A stretch of 64,000 bases of DNA from Malacoraja senta. Taxonomy: Eukaryota. Within the stretch, counting starts at the first letter, position 1; each line of letters starts with the position of its first letter. A model generated the notes under the pieces. The model saw nothing but the letters and a program-made list of their open reading frames with translations. It was not told the DNA's origin and made no database searches. Made by a program: the position numbers and the translations under genes. Where the stretch lies: the NCBI GenBank assembly GCA_038087875.1, contig CM075991.1, forward strand, positions 744,001 through 808,000, given 5' to 3'. Of the stretch, positions 38,577 to 50,987 are shown one piece after another.

Positions 38577-38807
38577 AGATAGACACAAAATGCTGAAGTA
38601 ACTCAGCAGCACAGGCAGCATCTCTGGAGTGAAGGAATGGTGACGTTTGGGTTTGAGACCCTTTTTCAGTCTAGAGAAGGCTTGTCTGAAGAAGGGTCTC
38701 GACCCTAAATGTCATCTATTCCTTGTCTCCAGAGATGCTGCCTGACTTACTCCAGCATTTTGTGTCTATCTTTGGTTTTTAACCAGCATCTGCAAGTCAT
38801 TCCTAAA
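38577..38807. mobile_element. palindromic PLE HHR element
   Basis: TSD CTGAGGATAA(C/A)GGA at 38563-38576 and 38808-38821. Confidence 0.8.
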
Positions 38808-38981
38808 CTGAGGATAAAGGAGATATCTTCTTTACTCAGTGACAAAATCTATAATAGGTTGGGGGAAGGAAGGGAAAATGGAAGAAAAGCAATTCCTCAG
38901 ACATTCAGACCAATAGAACTTGTTGTCGAAAGAAATAAAGCCAATGCTAACCTTGTGTATAACTGGATTATATTTAAACAG

Positions 38982-39097
38982 GTTGGTCAGATTCACGGTG
39001 GGCTGATGGGCATCATTCAGCGAGCCATGGTCAAGGCTTGTCCTCACATCTGGTTTGAGAGATCAGAAGTCAGAGATCGCAGTCTGGTTGCAAGAAG
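38982..39097 (+). CDS. GPAT4: GPAT4 coding exon (motif II region, WFERSE)
   Basis: tttaaacag| (branch-like CTAAC ~30 nt upstream) ... |gtgagg; encodes VGQIHGGLMGIIQRAMVKACPHIWFERSEVRDRSLVAR; 116 nt, phase 0-2. Confidence 0.96.
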
Positions 39098-39343
39098 GTG
39101 AGGCAAAAGACTCTGCAATTAGTAGTATTTGGTAACGGCTCGGTTAATAATGCCGTAACACAATTGTTTTAGTGTATTGAATCATCAATTAATGCTGCAT
39201 GTTGGTCTGGGAAGAGGTAGCTGTTCTAAAAAGTTCATGTTCCAAGATTCAATTGATCCATTATGAGGTGCTTACATAGGAGTTATTGAATCTGTACATT
39301 TACCTTAATTGTTGGCCAATTGTACTCTCTTTCTCCTCTCTAG

Positions 39344-39399
39344 ACTGAGTGAACATGTAAGAGACCAAGTTAAACTTCCAATTTTAATATTTCCAGAAG
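39344..39399 (+). CDS. GPAT4: GPAT4 coding exon (motif III, FPEG)
   Basis: ctctttctcctctctag| ... |gtgagt; encodes LSEHVRDQVKLPILIFPE(G); 56 nt, phase 2-1. Confidence 0.95.
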
Positions 39400-40401
39400 G
39401 TGAGTGAAGGTATTAAATGTTTTGGTAGAAAATGGCTTTTCCCTATTCTTGTAACCAATATCTTAAGTGCACAATTGAGAACAAAATTATCATTAGACAC
39501 AAGGTGAAATACCTTCAAAGTTAGCCAACAGTCACTTTGATGAAATTAAATCACTTTTGTGGTTAGTTTGCTCATTCTTCACAATTTGCTCTTATCTGCA
39601 CAGGGATAAAGAACCATAAACTTACTGTTGAAGCAGTTTCTGTCCCAACCACTAATTGTTCCTCTGTAACCAAACTCTTTCTCACGGCTGAGGTTGTTGC
39701 ATTTACGTTTGCACGACTTGATCATTTTATCTGTCTCGTCAGAATTCTTCACTGATGAAATTCATTAGTCATGTTCATGGTGATTCTGCAAGTCGTGATG
39801 TTCTGAGTTTATCATCCACAGCCCTTAGTGTGGTGCCATCTGCAAATGCTGATATAGTACTTGTGGTTCCAAATCTATCAAGGGAATCCATGCCTTTTTT
39901 TGTGTACCTTCGATTTTCCAGCATCTGCAGTTCCTTCTTTAACACCAGGCCTTCCCCACGTGACCAATGCCCAGCATATCAACATCGTACATATGTACGA
40001 GCAGGCCGCTACAGTTGGGGGCTGGGTGGAGCTGAGCAGAGCTGGGAGCACTGGGCAGACTCACTCAATGGTGGTCACTCTTCCCATGCCTGCTCGCTCC
40101 CCTCTCACAACTGTTTCTATCATCCTCTCCTGCATAGTTTTTGTTAGCTTTCAACTTCCACTTTTTATGTAAATTTAGCTCTCACACTTTTTGGCTTTTC
40201 ATCTCTGGCCATGTTCAACCATCTGCCTGTTATAAACTACCCCCTCACCTGTATACACCTGTATACACCTATACAGACTTGACAGTCTTTATCCTGTCCC
40301 CCTCCTCTCTTCTACCCTTCTCTCCCTTACTACAATCAATCTGAAGAAGGGTCACAACCTGAAACGTCATCTATTCCTCCAGCACATTGTCTATTTTTGT
40401 A

Positions 40402-41569
40402 AACATAGAAACATAGAAAATAGGTGCAGGAGTAGGCCATTCGGCCCTTCGAGCCTGCACCGCCATTCAATATGATCATGGCTGATCATCCAACTCAGTA
40501 TCCTGTACCTGCCTTCTCTCCATACCACCTGATCCCTTTAGCCACAAGGGCCACATCTAACTCCCTCTTAAATATAGCCAATGAACTGGCCTCAACTACC
40601 TTCTGTGGCAGAGAATTCCACAGATTCACCACTCTCTGTGTAAAAAATGATTTTCTCATCTCGGTCCTAAAAGACTTCCCCCTTATCCTTAAACTGTGAC
40701 CCCTTGTTCTGGACTTCCCCAACATCGGGAATAATCTTCCCGCATCTAGCCTGTCCAACTCCTTAAAAATGTTGTACGTTTCTATAAGATCCCCCCTCAA
40801 TCTTCTAAATTCTAGCGAGTACAAGCCAAGTCTATCCAGTCTTTCTTCATATGAAAGTCCTGCCATCCCAGGAATCAGTCTGGTGAACCTTCTCTGTACT
40901 CCCTCTATGGCAAGAATGTCCTTCCTCAGATTAGGAGACCAAAACTGTACGCAATACTCCAGGTGTGGTCTCACCAAGACCCTGTACAACTGCAGTAGAA
41001 CCTCCCTGCTCTTATACTCAAATCCTTTTGCTATGAATGCTAACATACCATTCGCTTTCTTCACTGCCTGCTGCACCTGCATGCCTACTTTCAATGACTG
41101 GTGTACCATGACACCCAGGTCTCGTTGCATCTCCCCTTTTCCTAATCGGCCACCATTCAGATAATAGTCTACTTTCCTGTTTTTGCCACCAAAGTGGATA
41201 ACCTCACATGTATCCACATTATACTGCATCTGCCATGCATTTGCCCACTCACCCAACCTATCCAAGTCACCTTGCAGCCTCCTAGCATTCTCCTCACAGC
41301 TAACACTGCCCCCCAGCTTCGTGTCATCCGCAAACTTGGAGATGTTGCATTCAATTCCCTCATCCAGATCATTAATATATATTGTAAATAGCTGGGGTCC
41401 CTGCACTGAGCCTTGCGGTACCCCACTAGTCACTGCCTGCCATTCTGACTAATGCATCCACTATTTCTGGGGCTACTTCCTTAAGTACTCTGGGATGCAG
41501 CCTATCTGGCCCTGGGGATTTATCGGTCTTTAATCCATTCAATTTACCTAACACCACTTACCGGCTAAC
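40402..41569 (-). mobile_element. young CR1 LINE, 5'-truncated, RT C-terminal half still open
   Basis: 312-aa ORF 40495-41433: [40 protein letters not shown]. Internal deletion near 41450. Inserted into a PLE terminal unit (ttttgtaaac | caacatctgcggttcc). Confidence 0.95.
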
Positions 41570-41757
41570 CAACATCTGCGGTTCCTTGTGTCTTACAAAA
41601 AGCTTGCATTGTGAGCAGTTTGTGGGAACTGAACCCTGTGGTGACACAGGGGCTGACAGGTGATCACCTGTGGGGACAAGAACAATTCATGAGCACACAG
41701 TTTCTCCCATTTGCCAATCCATGTTACTGGTCTTAACATCCAACTTCCTTTTCGTTC

Positions 41758-43177
41758 TGTGTAGGAAGGAACTGCAGATGTTGGTTTAAACCGAAGATAG
41801 ACACAAAATGCTGGAGTAGCTCAGTGGGACAGGCAGCATCACTAGAGAGAAGGAATGGGTGATGTTTTGGGTCGAGAGCCTTCTTCAGACTGAGAGTCGG
41901 GGGGAAAAAGAATCGAGAGAATGAGACAGGGATGTAGAGAGAAATAGAACAAATGAATGAAAGATATGCAAATAAGTACAATGATAAAGTTAACAGGCCA
42001 TTGTTAGCTGTTTGTTAGGTGAGAACAAGAAGCTGGTACGACTTGGGTGGGGGAGGGATGGAGAGAGAGGGAATACAGGGGCTGCTTGAAGTTAGAGAAA
42101 TCAATATTTATACTACTGGGTTGTAAGCTGCCCAAGCAAAATATGAGATGCTGTTCCTCCAATTTGCAGTTATCCTCACTCTGACAATGGAGGAGACCTA
42201 GGACAGAAAGGTCAGTGTGGGAATGGGAAGGAGAATTAAAGTGTTTGGCAACCGGGAGATCAGGTAGGTCCAGGCGGGCTGAGTGAAGGTGTTCCGCGAA
42301 ACGATCGCCCAGTCTGGTTTTGTTCTCGCCGATGTATAAAAGTCCACATCTTGAACAATGGATACAATAGATGAGGTTGGAGGAGGTGCAAGTGAACCTC
42401 TCCCTAACCTGAAAGGACTGTCGGGATCCCTAGACAGAGTCGAGGGAGGAGGTATAGGGACAGGTGTTGCATCTTCTGCGTTTTCAGGGGAAGATACCTG
42501 GGGAGGGGGTGGTGGGTGGGAAGGGATGAGTTAACCAGGGAGTTGTGGATGGAACAGTCTCTGTGGAAGGCGGAAAGGGGTGGCGATGGGAAGATGTGAC
42601 TAGTGGTGGGATTCCGTTGGAGGTGGCAAAAATGTTGGAGGATTATGTGTTGTATGCGGTGGCTAATGGGGTGAAAGGTGAGGACTAGGGAGATTCTGTC
42701 TCTGTTGCGACTGGGGGAGGTGGAGCAAGAGCGGAGCTGCGAGGTACCGAGGAGACACGTGTGAGGGCTTCATCTATGATGGAAGAGGGGAACCCCTGTT
42801 TCCTAAAGAACGAGGACATCTCGGATGTCCCAGCGTCTCATATTTCGCTTGGGCAGCTTACAACCCAGTGGTATGAATATTGATTTCTCTAACTTCAAGT
42901 AACCCTTTTATTCCCTCTGTCCCCATCCCACCCAAGTCGCACCAGCTTCTTGTTCTCACCTAGCAAACAGCTAACAATGGCCTGTTTACTCTATAATCAT
43001 TACTTTTTGCATATCTTTCATTCATTTGTTCTATATCTCTACATCACTGTCTATATCTCTTGTTTCCCTTTCCCCTGACTCTAGTCTGAAGAAGGGTCTT
43101 GACCCGAAATGTTACCCATTCCTTCTCTCCAAAGATGCTACCTGTACATCGGAGTTACTCCAGCATTTTGTGTCTAT
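41758..43177 (-). mobile_element. Penelope-like element with long inverted terminal segment
   Basis: Minus-strand 3' end, GIY-YIG and thumb relic 41758-42830, then plus-strand copy of the 3' region 42831-43177; TSD CTTCCTTTTC(G/T)TTC at 41744-41757 and 43178-43191. Confidence 0.88.
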
Positions 43178-43749
43178 CTTCCTTTTCTTTCTCGTGGCCA
43201 ATTTCCTCATCCATTCTTCTCATTGACCCAAGGGTCCACACACTCTGACAGGCTCTGTGTGTGGTCAGAATGTTGTTGAAATCTTTTGCAAAGTCCACAT
43301 ATCTTGTCTTATCTAATTCTTTCAAATTTGAAGATAGACACAAAATGCTGGAGTAACTCAGCGGGACAGGCAGAGGTGAGAAGGGAGAGAAGGGAGAGGT
43401 GACATTTTGGGTTGAGACCCTTCTTCAGACTGTCAAAGCTGTATGGCCTAACCATGAACCCATTGCTCTTCCTGGCAACTATCTGAAACTGAATCCGATT
43501 ATTCACAACCACCGTTGAGTTTGAGATGACACATTGCTTGTGCCATCTATAAAACCTTTAACATTGTGGAACTTCAGCCCTGCTGTAGCTCTCGTGATGA
43601 TTAAACCATCAACTGTGCTTTTTTCTGTCTCTTGATTGGTGTATTCTAGTGCTCTCCTTGTTGACTCTGCAAATGAGATCATTCAAAGCTGCTGTAGAAA
43701 ATCTATATTTTTTTCTATTTCCCACATTTTGCCAATCCAAGTTACTCAT

Positions 43750-43910
43750 CTTTCATAGCCACAGAGGTGACCAAAAGTATTTTGCAGATCATTATGTAGG
43801 AAAGTCCGTAATGAATTTGCATGCAGCAAGCTAGAAACACACAGCATCATGATTATGATCTGTTTATCTGGTTCAGTGATGTTGGTTTAGTGATAACCCT
43901 TGAAAAGGAT
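43750..43910 (-). mobile_element. ancient DeuSINE-like (Deu domain) relic
   Basis: Reverse complement reads aaccaacatcactgaaccagata...gctgtgtgtt..cttgctgcatgcaaatt...tttcctacat, resembling the recalled Deu domain; heavily diverged. Confidence 0.4.
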
Positions 43911-44086
43911 AAATAGTGCTGCAGAAATGGCTATAAACCAAGGGAGGAGTGGATAGCAGTTGAGAAACGAGGGGTATGAGCAAAGGCGCTTGAGTACCAA
44001 AAATATTTAAGTAATTGCAAGGAAAGAACAAACTACTGAAAATGTTTTTTAAAAAACTGTTGGAAAATAACCAGTCAGGCAATATC

Positions 44087-44485
44087 TGGAGTTTAGAAGG
44101 ATGAGGGGGATCTTATAGAAACATATAAAATTATAAAAGGACTGGACAAGCTAGATGCAGGAAAAAAATTCTCAATGTTGGGTGAGTCCAGAACCAGGGG
44201 CCACAGTCTTAGAATAAAGGGGAAGCCATTTAAGACTGAGGTGAGAAAAAACGTTTTCACCCAGAGAGTTGTGAATTTATGGAATTCCCTGCCACAGAGG
44301 GCAGTGGAGGCCAAGCCACTGGATGGATTTAAGAGATCTAGGGGCTAGTGGAGTCAAGGGATATGAGGAGAAGGCAGGCACTGGTTATTGATTGGGGATG
44401 ATCAGCCATGATCACAATGAATGGCGGTGCTGGCTCGAAGGGCCGAATGGCCTCCTCCTACACCTATTTTCTATGTTTCTATGTT
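44087..44485 (+). mobile_element. CR1 LINE 3' fragment
   Basis: [26 protein letters not shown]... and ctatgtttctatgtt tail. Confidence 0.88.
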
Positions 44486-45342
44486 AATATCTAAAGAGAA
44501 AAATAGTCAATAATTTGAGTCAATAGCTGAAGTATTTTATTAGAACTGTACCACTGGTGAGAGAATTCACTAATGTAGAAGTAAAGTGAGGGAATTGAGT
44601 ACAAGAGTCAGAAACTCTAAACTAAGCTAAACTAAACTAAATGTCGAAGACTGGAAGGCATAGCTCTGAGGTAAGGGGGGCAAAGTTTAAAGGACATGGG
44701 TGTTTTTTCCCACAGAGGGTGGTGGGTGCCTGGAATGCAGATATGATATTGCCATTTAAGAGCCTTTTAGATAGACAATCAATCAATATCAATATCAGTG
44801 TTATTCGACATATTTAGACATGAGTATACAGGAAATGGATGGATATGGATCATGGGCAGGCAGAGGAGATTAGTTTAACCTGACTTCATGTTTGACACAG
44901 ACATTGTGAACCAAAGGGCCTGTTTCTGTGCAGTACTGTTCTATGTTCTAAAAGTAGAAACTAGAATTTCTCCTTAAGAATATGAATGTGTACAATGATG
45001 GTCGGACATAAGGTGCCCAGCCTTCTCCTACTTGCAGCGCTGCATGATCACTACTTGCCATGCAGATCACATGTCTGCCAGTACCTGTGAACTGTAAGTG
45101 GAGATTTTGCCTCTGACACCCATCAGGCAGAATTCCTAAACCCTGCCACCTGGGTGAAACAATCCTTCTTCTCCAAATCTTCAACCTTTATTTTAAGTCT
45201 GAGTCTCCAAGCTTTTTGAACTCTTGACCAGACAGTTCTATATTCCTCAATTAAGTTTTCTCTTTTCCAAAGGAAACAATTCTTCCTTATCCCATGTTCC
45301 CTCATAGCTAACATTTTCCAGTTCTGAAAAAGTGCATATCAA

Positions 45343-45812
45343 TGGGTGGCACAGCGGTAGAGTTGCTGCCTTACAGCACCAAGGACCCGGGTTCAATCCT
45401 GACTACATGTGCTGTCTGTAATGAGTTTGTACATTTTCCCCATGACCATGTGTGTTTTCTCCGGCTATTCCGGTTTCCTCCCACACTCCCACACACACAG
45501 ATTTGTAGGTTCACTGTAAATTGTTGCTAGTGTGTGGGATAATGCGGGGATAGAAACATAGAAACATAGAAAATAGGTGCAGGAGTAGGCCATTCGGCCC
45601 TTCGAGCCTGCACCGCCATTCAATATGATCATGGCTGATCATCCAACTCAGTATCCTGTACCTGCCTTCTCTCCATACCACCTGATCCCTTTAGCCACAA
45701 GGGCCACATCTAACTCCCTCTTAAATATAGCACTGGATCACTGGCCGTTGCAGATTCGGTGGGCCGAAGAGCATGTTTCCGTGCTGTATCTCTAAACTAA
45801 GCTAAACTAAAC
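45343..45812 (+). mobile_element. V-SINE interrupted by a minus-strand CR1 tail (45551-45731)
   Basis: SINE head at 45343, (ctaaa)n tail at ~45793-45812; the insert matches 40405-40578. Confidence 0.8.
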
Positions 45813-46942
45813 AAAGAAAAATCTTCTTTCCACCCTTTCCAATCCAATTATATATTTCTTGTGCTGACCAGGACTGGATACAGTAGGCCACAATAACCTA
45901 CCATTGTGTATCGTTCTAGCATAACTTCCCTTTTCTCTATTTGCACCTCGGCTAAAGAGGAGCACTTTCCACACATTTCTATCCACTTTCTTGACCTGCC
46001 GCAGGATGAAGGATCACTGGTCAGGCATTCCAAGATTTCTTCATCATGCTCAGTATCATTTATTAGCATTAGCTTATTATTGTCATGTGTACCAAGATAC
46101 AGTGAAAGACTGTCTTGTCAAGTCACACCATACATGAGTACAGCCACACCAAACACAAGTACAATGGGTAATGAAACAAGAGAAAGGAAAATATCTACAA
46201 AAACCACAAGAGAAAGTGCAGATAAAACAGTGCATGGACTTATTGCATCTTCTATTGCCATATTGCGTATCCCCTGCTATATTACTTTACATGCCTCTGG
46301 ATTATATTTCATTTGCTGCTTTGCTGAACTGAATAAACATCTAGTTTCCTGCTGCCTACATCTTTTACCCTCATTGTTAATCGTAGGACAATTTATGTAT
46401 CATCTACAGACCTCATTATTGTGTCCCTTAAATCTCAATCATTAATACATATTACAAACAGCAAAAGGACCAAGACTTGGACCCTGTGGCCCCCCACTGG
46501 TAGCTGGGTGCCACTCACTAAAGCACCCTGCCTTTATTTTGAAGCTTCTTTGCTTCCTGCCGCTGAGCCAACTTTGGATCAACAGCCTCCACACACATAC
46601 AAAAGACTTAGGCTTTGACCGTTTCTTTATTTGCACTCTTTACTTTCCCAATTGCCCTCTTCATTATACTCCAGGGAGGCGTGTTATATTGAACCTTTTG
46701 GATTTCATGCAAACTGCCTTTTTTTGCCATCCCTTACTTGCTTTGCATCTCATAGAAGTATTCTAGCTTATATGGTTGAAGGAAACAATTTGAATTGTGA
46801 GAAAATAGCAGCATGACAAAAATTGCCAAGTATGAAATGAGAATGATTTTTTACTGACTTTTACATGATTCTGGAATACGCAATCTAAAAGATGCTGGAT
46901 ATAGATTCAATAACAGCCTTGTCATGGGTACCAAATTGTTAG

Positions 46943-47260
46943 TTTTAGTTTAAAAGATACAGCACGAAATCAGGCCCTTCGGCCCACCGAATCCGCACTG
47001 ACCAGCGATATCCGCCCATTAACACTATCCTACACTAGGGACAATTTACATTAGTATCATTTTTACATTTATACCAAGCCAATTAACCTACAGACATGTA
47101 CGTCTTTGGAGTATGGGAGGAAACTGAAGATCTCGGAGAAAACCCACGCAGGTCACATGGAGAACGTACAAACTCTGTAGAGACAGCACCCGTAGTCGGG
47201 ATCGTACCCGAGTCTCCGGTGCTGTAAGGCAGCAACTACTGCTGCGCCACCGTGTCGCAC
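46943..47260 (-). mobile_element. V-SINE
   Basis: Reverse-complement SINE consensus with (tttag) tail. Confidence 0.8.
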
Positions 47261-47558
47261 AAATCACAGGGCAATGGTGAAAGAAGAAGAGATTAAACTA
47301 ATGGATGAGTACCAACTGGGCAGAGATGAAAGACCTGCCTCCGTACTACATAACTCTATGCCTCTGATTGGACAGCACTGGCATGATGGAGCCAGTGGAC
47401 TCCTGTTTCACCATATTAGTAATCGGTTAGATAAGGTGGGGGAGGGGGAGGGGGGAGGAGACATTAAGTCTGGGAGAAGAAAAAATCTTGTGACTGGGAT
47501 GTAATAAAGAAATGTGGGGAACCTCAGAAGTACAAAGTTAAACCGTTGTCAGTTGGAC

Positions 47559-47616
47559 CTTAACCCCTACAGTGCCAGCACGGCTCTTAACCCCTACAGT
47601 GTCAGCATGGCTCTTA
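47559..47616. repeat. 27-bp tandem duplication
   Basis: CTTAACCCCTACAGTG(C/T)CAGCA(C/T)GGCT twice. Confidence 0.85.
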
Positions 47617-47989
47617 CATGCACAGTTATTCCATCCATCTGGTCTAATTCATTACTCGTGCCCAAATCTAGATTTATAGAAAAGTAGCCGAGTTGTTTAG
47701 GGTTGTACATCCTCTTGGTGAGACCATACCTGAAGTATAGTGTACCAATACAGCACTCATTCAACTATTGGTGCACCAGAGCAGAGACCAAAGCAGAGAT
47801 CCCCTGTGGCCCATCTCCTTGAAAACAAGTAGACCACTACTGAGGAAGGGTCTCGACCCGAAATGTCATCTATTCCTTTCTTCCAGAGATGCTGTCTGAC
47901 CCACTGTTACTCCAGCTTTTTGTGCATACCCTTATGAATACTGTTAACTGTTCAATGTAGCACCAGGTCTGGCTCCAAGGCAGGGAAGC

Positions 47990-48470
47990 GTGAATTCAGA
48001 CAGAGATTATAATAAGGAACTCGTTAGCGGGACAGTCAGGAGATTGTGTGGCCACGAACAAGACTCCAGGTGGCCGTGTTGCCTCCCTAGTGCCAGGATC
48101 CAAGATGTCCCTGAGTGGCCAAATTTGGAATATTTTGTAGGACCAAGAACCAAGAACATTCTCAATGGGATGGAGGAACAGCAAAATGTCATTGTGCACA
48201 TTGGCACAAATGACGTACGTGTAAAGTGAATATAGGTAGCTGGGCTAAAGTTTAAAATGCAGGACCTCCAGGGTAGTGATCTCCGGATTACTCCCAGTGA
48301 TGTGAGGCTGAGGAGTTGGTGCAGGAAGCAAGGAGTCGGATTTTTGGACCGTTGGGATCTCATTCGGAGCAGGTCATCACTGAACATGAGGGATGGGTTA
48401 CATCAGGACTGAAGGGGGACCAATATCCTGCAAATGCTACTATGGAGAGTTTAAACTAGATTGCCAGGGG
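47990..48470 (+). mobile_element. CR1 ORF1 SGNH/esterase-domain relic
   Basis: CCLPSARIQDV, VIVHIGTNDV and downstream RDGLH motifs, typical of the CR1 ORF1p esterase. Confidence 0.75.
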
Positions 48471-48659
48471 AACAGGTGGGACCCACTGCATTTGAGAGGC
48501 AGTTGGGAGGATGACAGTCGATGCAGAAGTCCATAGCAGCAGGTTCAATAGATGGGACTGGCAGACTGAATCTAGGGACGTGAGGGGAAAACAGACTGCA
48601 AGAGGAACTCAGCGGGTCGGACAGCATCAATGGAGGGAAATCCCTGACCTACTGAGTTC

Positions 48660-48998
48660 TGTGGACTTCTGAAGCCATGGTCTCCGGTAGGAAGTGGCTG
48701 ATTCGGAGGCTCCGGGCCGCTGAGAGTGTTCTTCCGTCTGAGGGCCTGAAACATCGGGCCCGTAGCGGCAACTGCGGAGGCCTCAATAGACCCCGACCAC
48801 GGATGAACAGAGGAAGAGGACTGAACTTTTGGTGCCTTCCCTCACAGTGGGAAACGTTGATTCCGCTGTGGGGGGATGTTTTTTATGTTTTATGTTAAAT
48901 TCTAAAGTGTTGTGTTATCTTATTTGTGTGCTGCATGGTAACTCAAATTTCACTGCACCAACTGGTGTATGTGACAATAAATGTCCTTTGTCCTTTGT
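48660..48998 (+). mobile_element. 5'-truncated copy of the 32943-33806 retroposon
   Basis: Collinear with 33423-33800 apart from a ~35-bp deletion; same tail; interrupts a PLE unit. Confidence 0.85.
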
Positions 48999-49589
48999 TC
49001 CTTCAGCAGTCTGTTGTTTTGCATGAGATTCCAACCAATGTAATGTCTTGTGTCTCCAGGAGTAACTGGTTTGTCGTATGAGGCATCTACTGTCTAGAGT
49101 TTAAAAAAGGCGAGGTGTCCTCACTAAAATGTACACATATCTAACTAGGGCTGGACAGAGTAGATGTGGTGTTGATATTTCCCCTGGCTGGGGTGTCCAG
49201 AACCGTTGCAATAAAATGAATGGGCTAGTCAGGACAAAGAAGACATTTGTCACCAGGAGAAAGAGAATCTTTTGAATCTCTCCCCAAGAGGGCAGTGAAT
49301 GTTCAGGCTGGCTATATTCAAGCCAAATCTATAGAACTGTAGATACACAGAGAATTATGGGATATGATGCTGCTACAGGAAAATGGCTCAGGTAAAATAT
49401 CACCCAATTGATGCAGGAGGTACATTGAGACATGATAGATGGACTTGATGCTCCTATCAAAATAAAATGCCAACCGTGGAAGAGAGGGTTTGCATCATCA
49501 CCTCATATATTAGCATTAGGATAGTGCTAGTGCGTACGGGCATCGCTTCGATGGGCCGAAGGTCCTGTTTCTGTGCTGTATCTCTAAAG

Positions 49590-49713
49590 CTGCGCTACAA
49601 TCGAACCCGCTAAATAGCCCGTTGCACGGAACGTGTTAAGAGCTTGCTGTGGGCCGGATAAAATGTCATGGTGGGCCGGATGTGGTCTGCTGGCCATAGT
49701 TTGGAGACCCCTG
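49590..49713. mobile_element. single end of a hAT/Charlie-like DNA transposon
   Basis: gggccggat subterminal repeats and terminus ...tagtttggagacccctg; partner end not seen. Confidence 0.45.
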
Positions 49714-49815
49714 CGCTAGTGAGATACGATAATGAGTAAGTGTGTTACATAAACTGTCTCTGCCCTGTGTGAATCCAAGCTTGCAACACTGGAGCCTTAC
49801 TCTCCCTCTCCACAG

Positions 49816-49901
49816 GAACTTGCATCAACAATACCTCTGTTATGATGTTCAAGAAGGGCAGCTTTGAAATTGGAGCCACTGTCTACCCTGTTGCCATCAA
49901 G
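49816..49901 (+). CDS. GPAT4: GPAT4 coding exon (motif IV, VYPVAIK)
   Basis: tctccctctccacag| ... |gtaagg; encodes (G)TCINNTSVMMFKKGSFEIGATVYPVAIK; 86 nt, phase 1-0. Confidence 0.96.
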
Positions 49902-50204
49902 GTAAGGCTAGTTGTTCATGTATCTTGTTGAGAACTCTTAACTCCCTTGTAGTGTCTGTATCATGTGTGTGTCAGCTCTGAATATATTCAAAGACTCATC
50001 TTCTCAGCTCTTTGGGTAAAGAATTCCAAACATGCGCAGCACCCTGAAAATAAAACTTCCCATCCTTACTCCGAAGCTGTGCTGCCTAGTTCTAGATAGG
50101 GGAGGAGATACTTTTAGTATCTACCATGTCAATTGCACTCAATCTTATATCTAAGATCACATCCCATTCTTCTCTACCACTTTACGTAGAGGCACCACCA
50201 GCTC

Positions 50205-50550
50205 TGGGATGGCATAGCGCTGCAGCTGGTGGAACGAATGCCTCGCAGTGCCAGAGATTCAGGTTCAACCCTGATCTTAGGTGGAGTTTGCACCTTCTCC
50301 CTGTGGCCATGTGGGTTTCCTCCAGGTGCTTTGGTTTCCTCCCACACCCCAAAGATATGCGGGTTGGTTGGTTAATAAGCCACTGTAAATTGCCCAGAGT
50401 CTGTTGGTGAGTGGACTAAACTGGGGGGAGTTGAAGACAATATGGGATGAATAAAAATAATGCGATTAATGGAGGACTTGTTTTTAAATAGGTTGGCGGT
50501 AGGTGTCGACTCGATGGATCAAAGGGCCTTGTCTGTGTAGCATGACTACA
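50205..50550 (+). mobile_element. older V-SINE
   Basis: Head with ggttcaaccc B-box and central ggagtttgcaccttctccctgtg...cctcccacac domain. Confidence 0.7.
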
Positions 50551-50814
50551 ACCTTTCTTCATACATTAATCTCTACATCCCGGGAGTTAACTAAGTGAAC
50601 TTTCTCTGCATTGTCTCCAGTCTATGAGTATCTTTCCTTAAATATGAAGACCAAAACCATGGCACTATCAGTCAAATTATTCTATTTTTCTGTGAGTTAC
50701 TGTCAAAAGGAAAACCCATGCCATGAGATATGGTTTGAAAGGATAGGTATTAAATTAATTGTCCAGATGAATACTGTTCATCATCCACCCCCTGTATTAT
50801 GCTTTTATTGCCAG

Positions 50815-50943
50815 TATGATCCTCTGTTTGGAGAAGCCTTCTGGAACAGCAGCAAGTATGGAATGGTGAACTACCTGCTGAGGATGATGACCAGCTGGGC
50901 GATTGTCTGCAGTGTATGGTACCTGCCGCCAATGACACGCGAG
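50815..50943 (+). CDS. GPAT4: GPAT4 coding exon
   Basis: cttttattgccag| ... |gtaaca; encodes YDPLFGEAFWNSSKYGMVNYLLRMMTSWAIVCSVWYLPPMTRE; 129 nt, phase 0-0. Confidence 0.96.
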
Positions 50944-50987
50944 GTAACAACTTGTTTTGTATCTGAAGGAAGGGAATGATATTTTCT

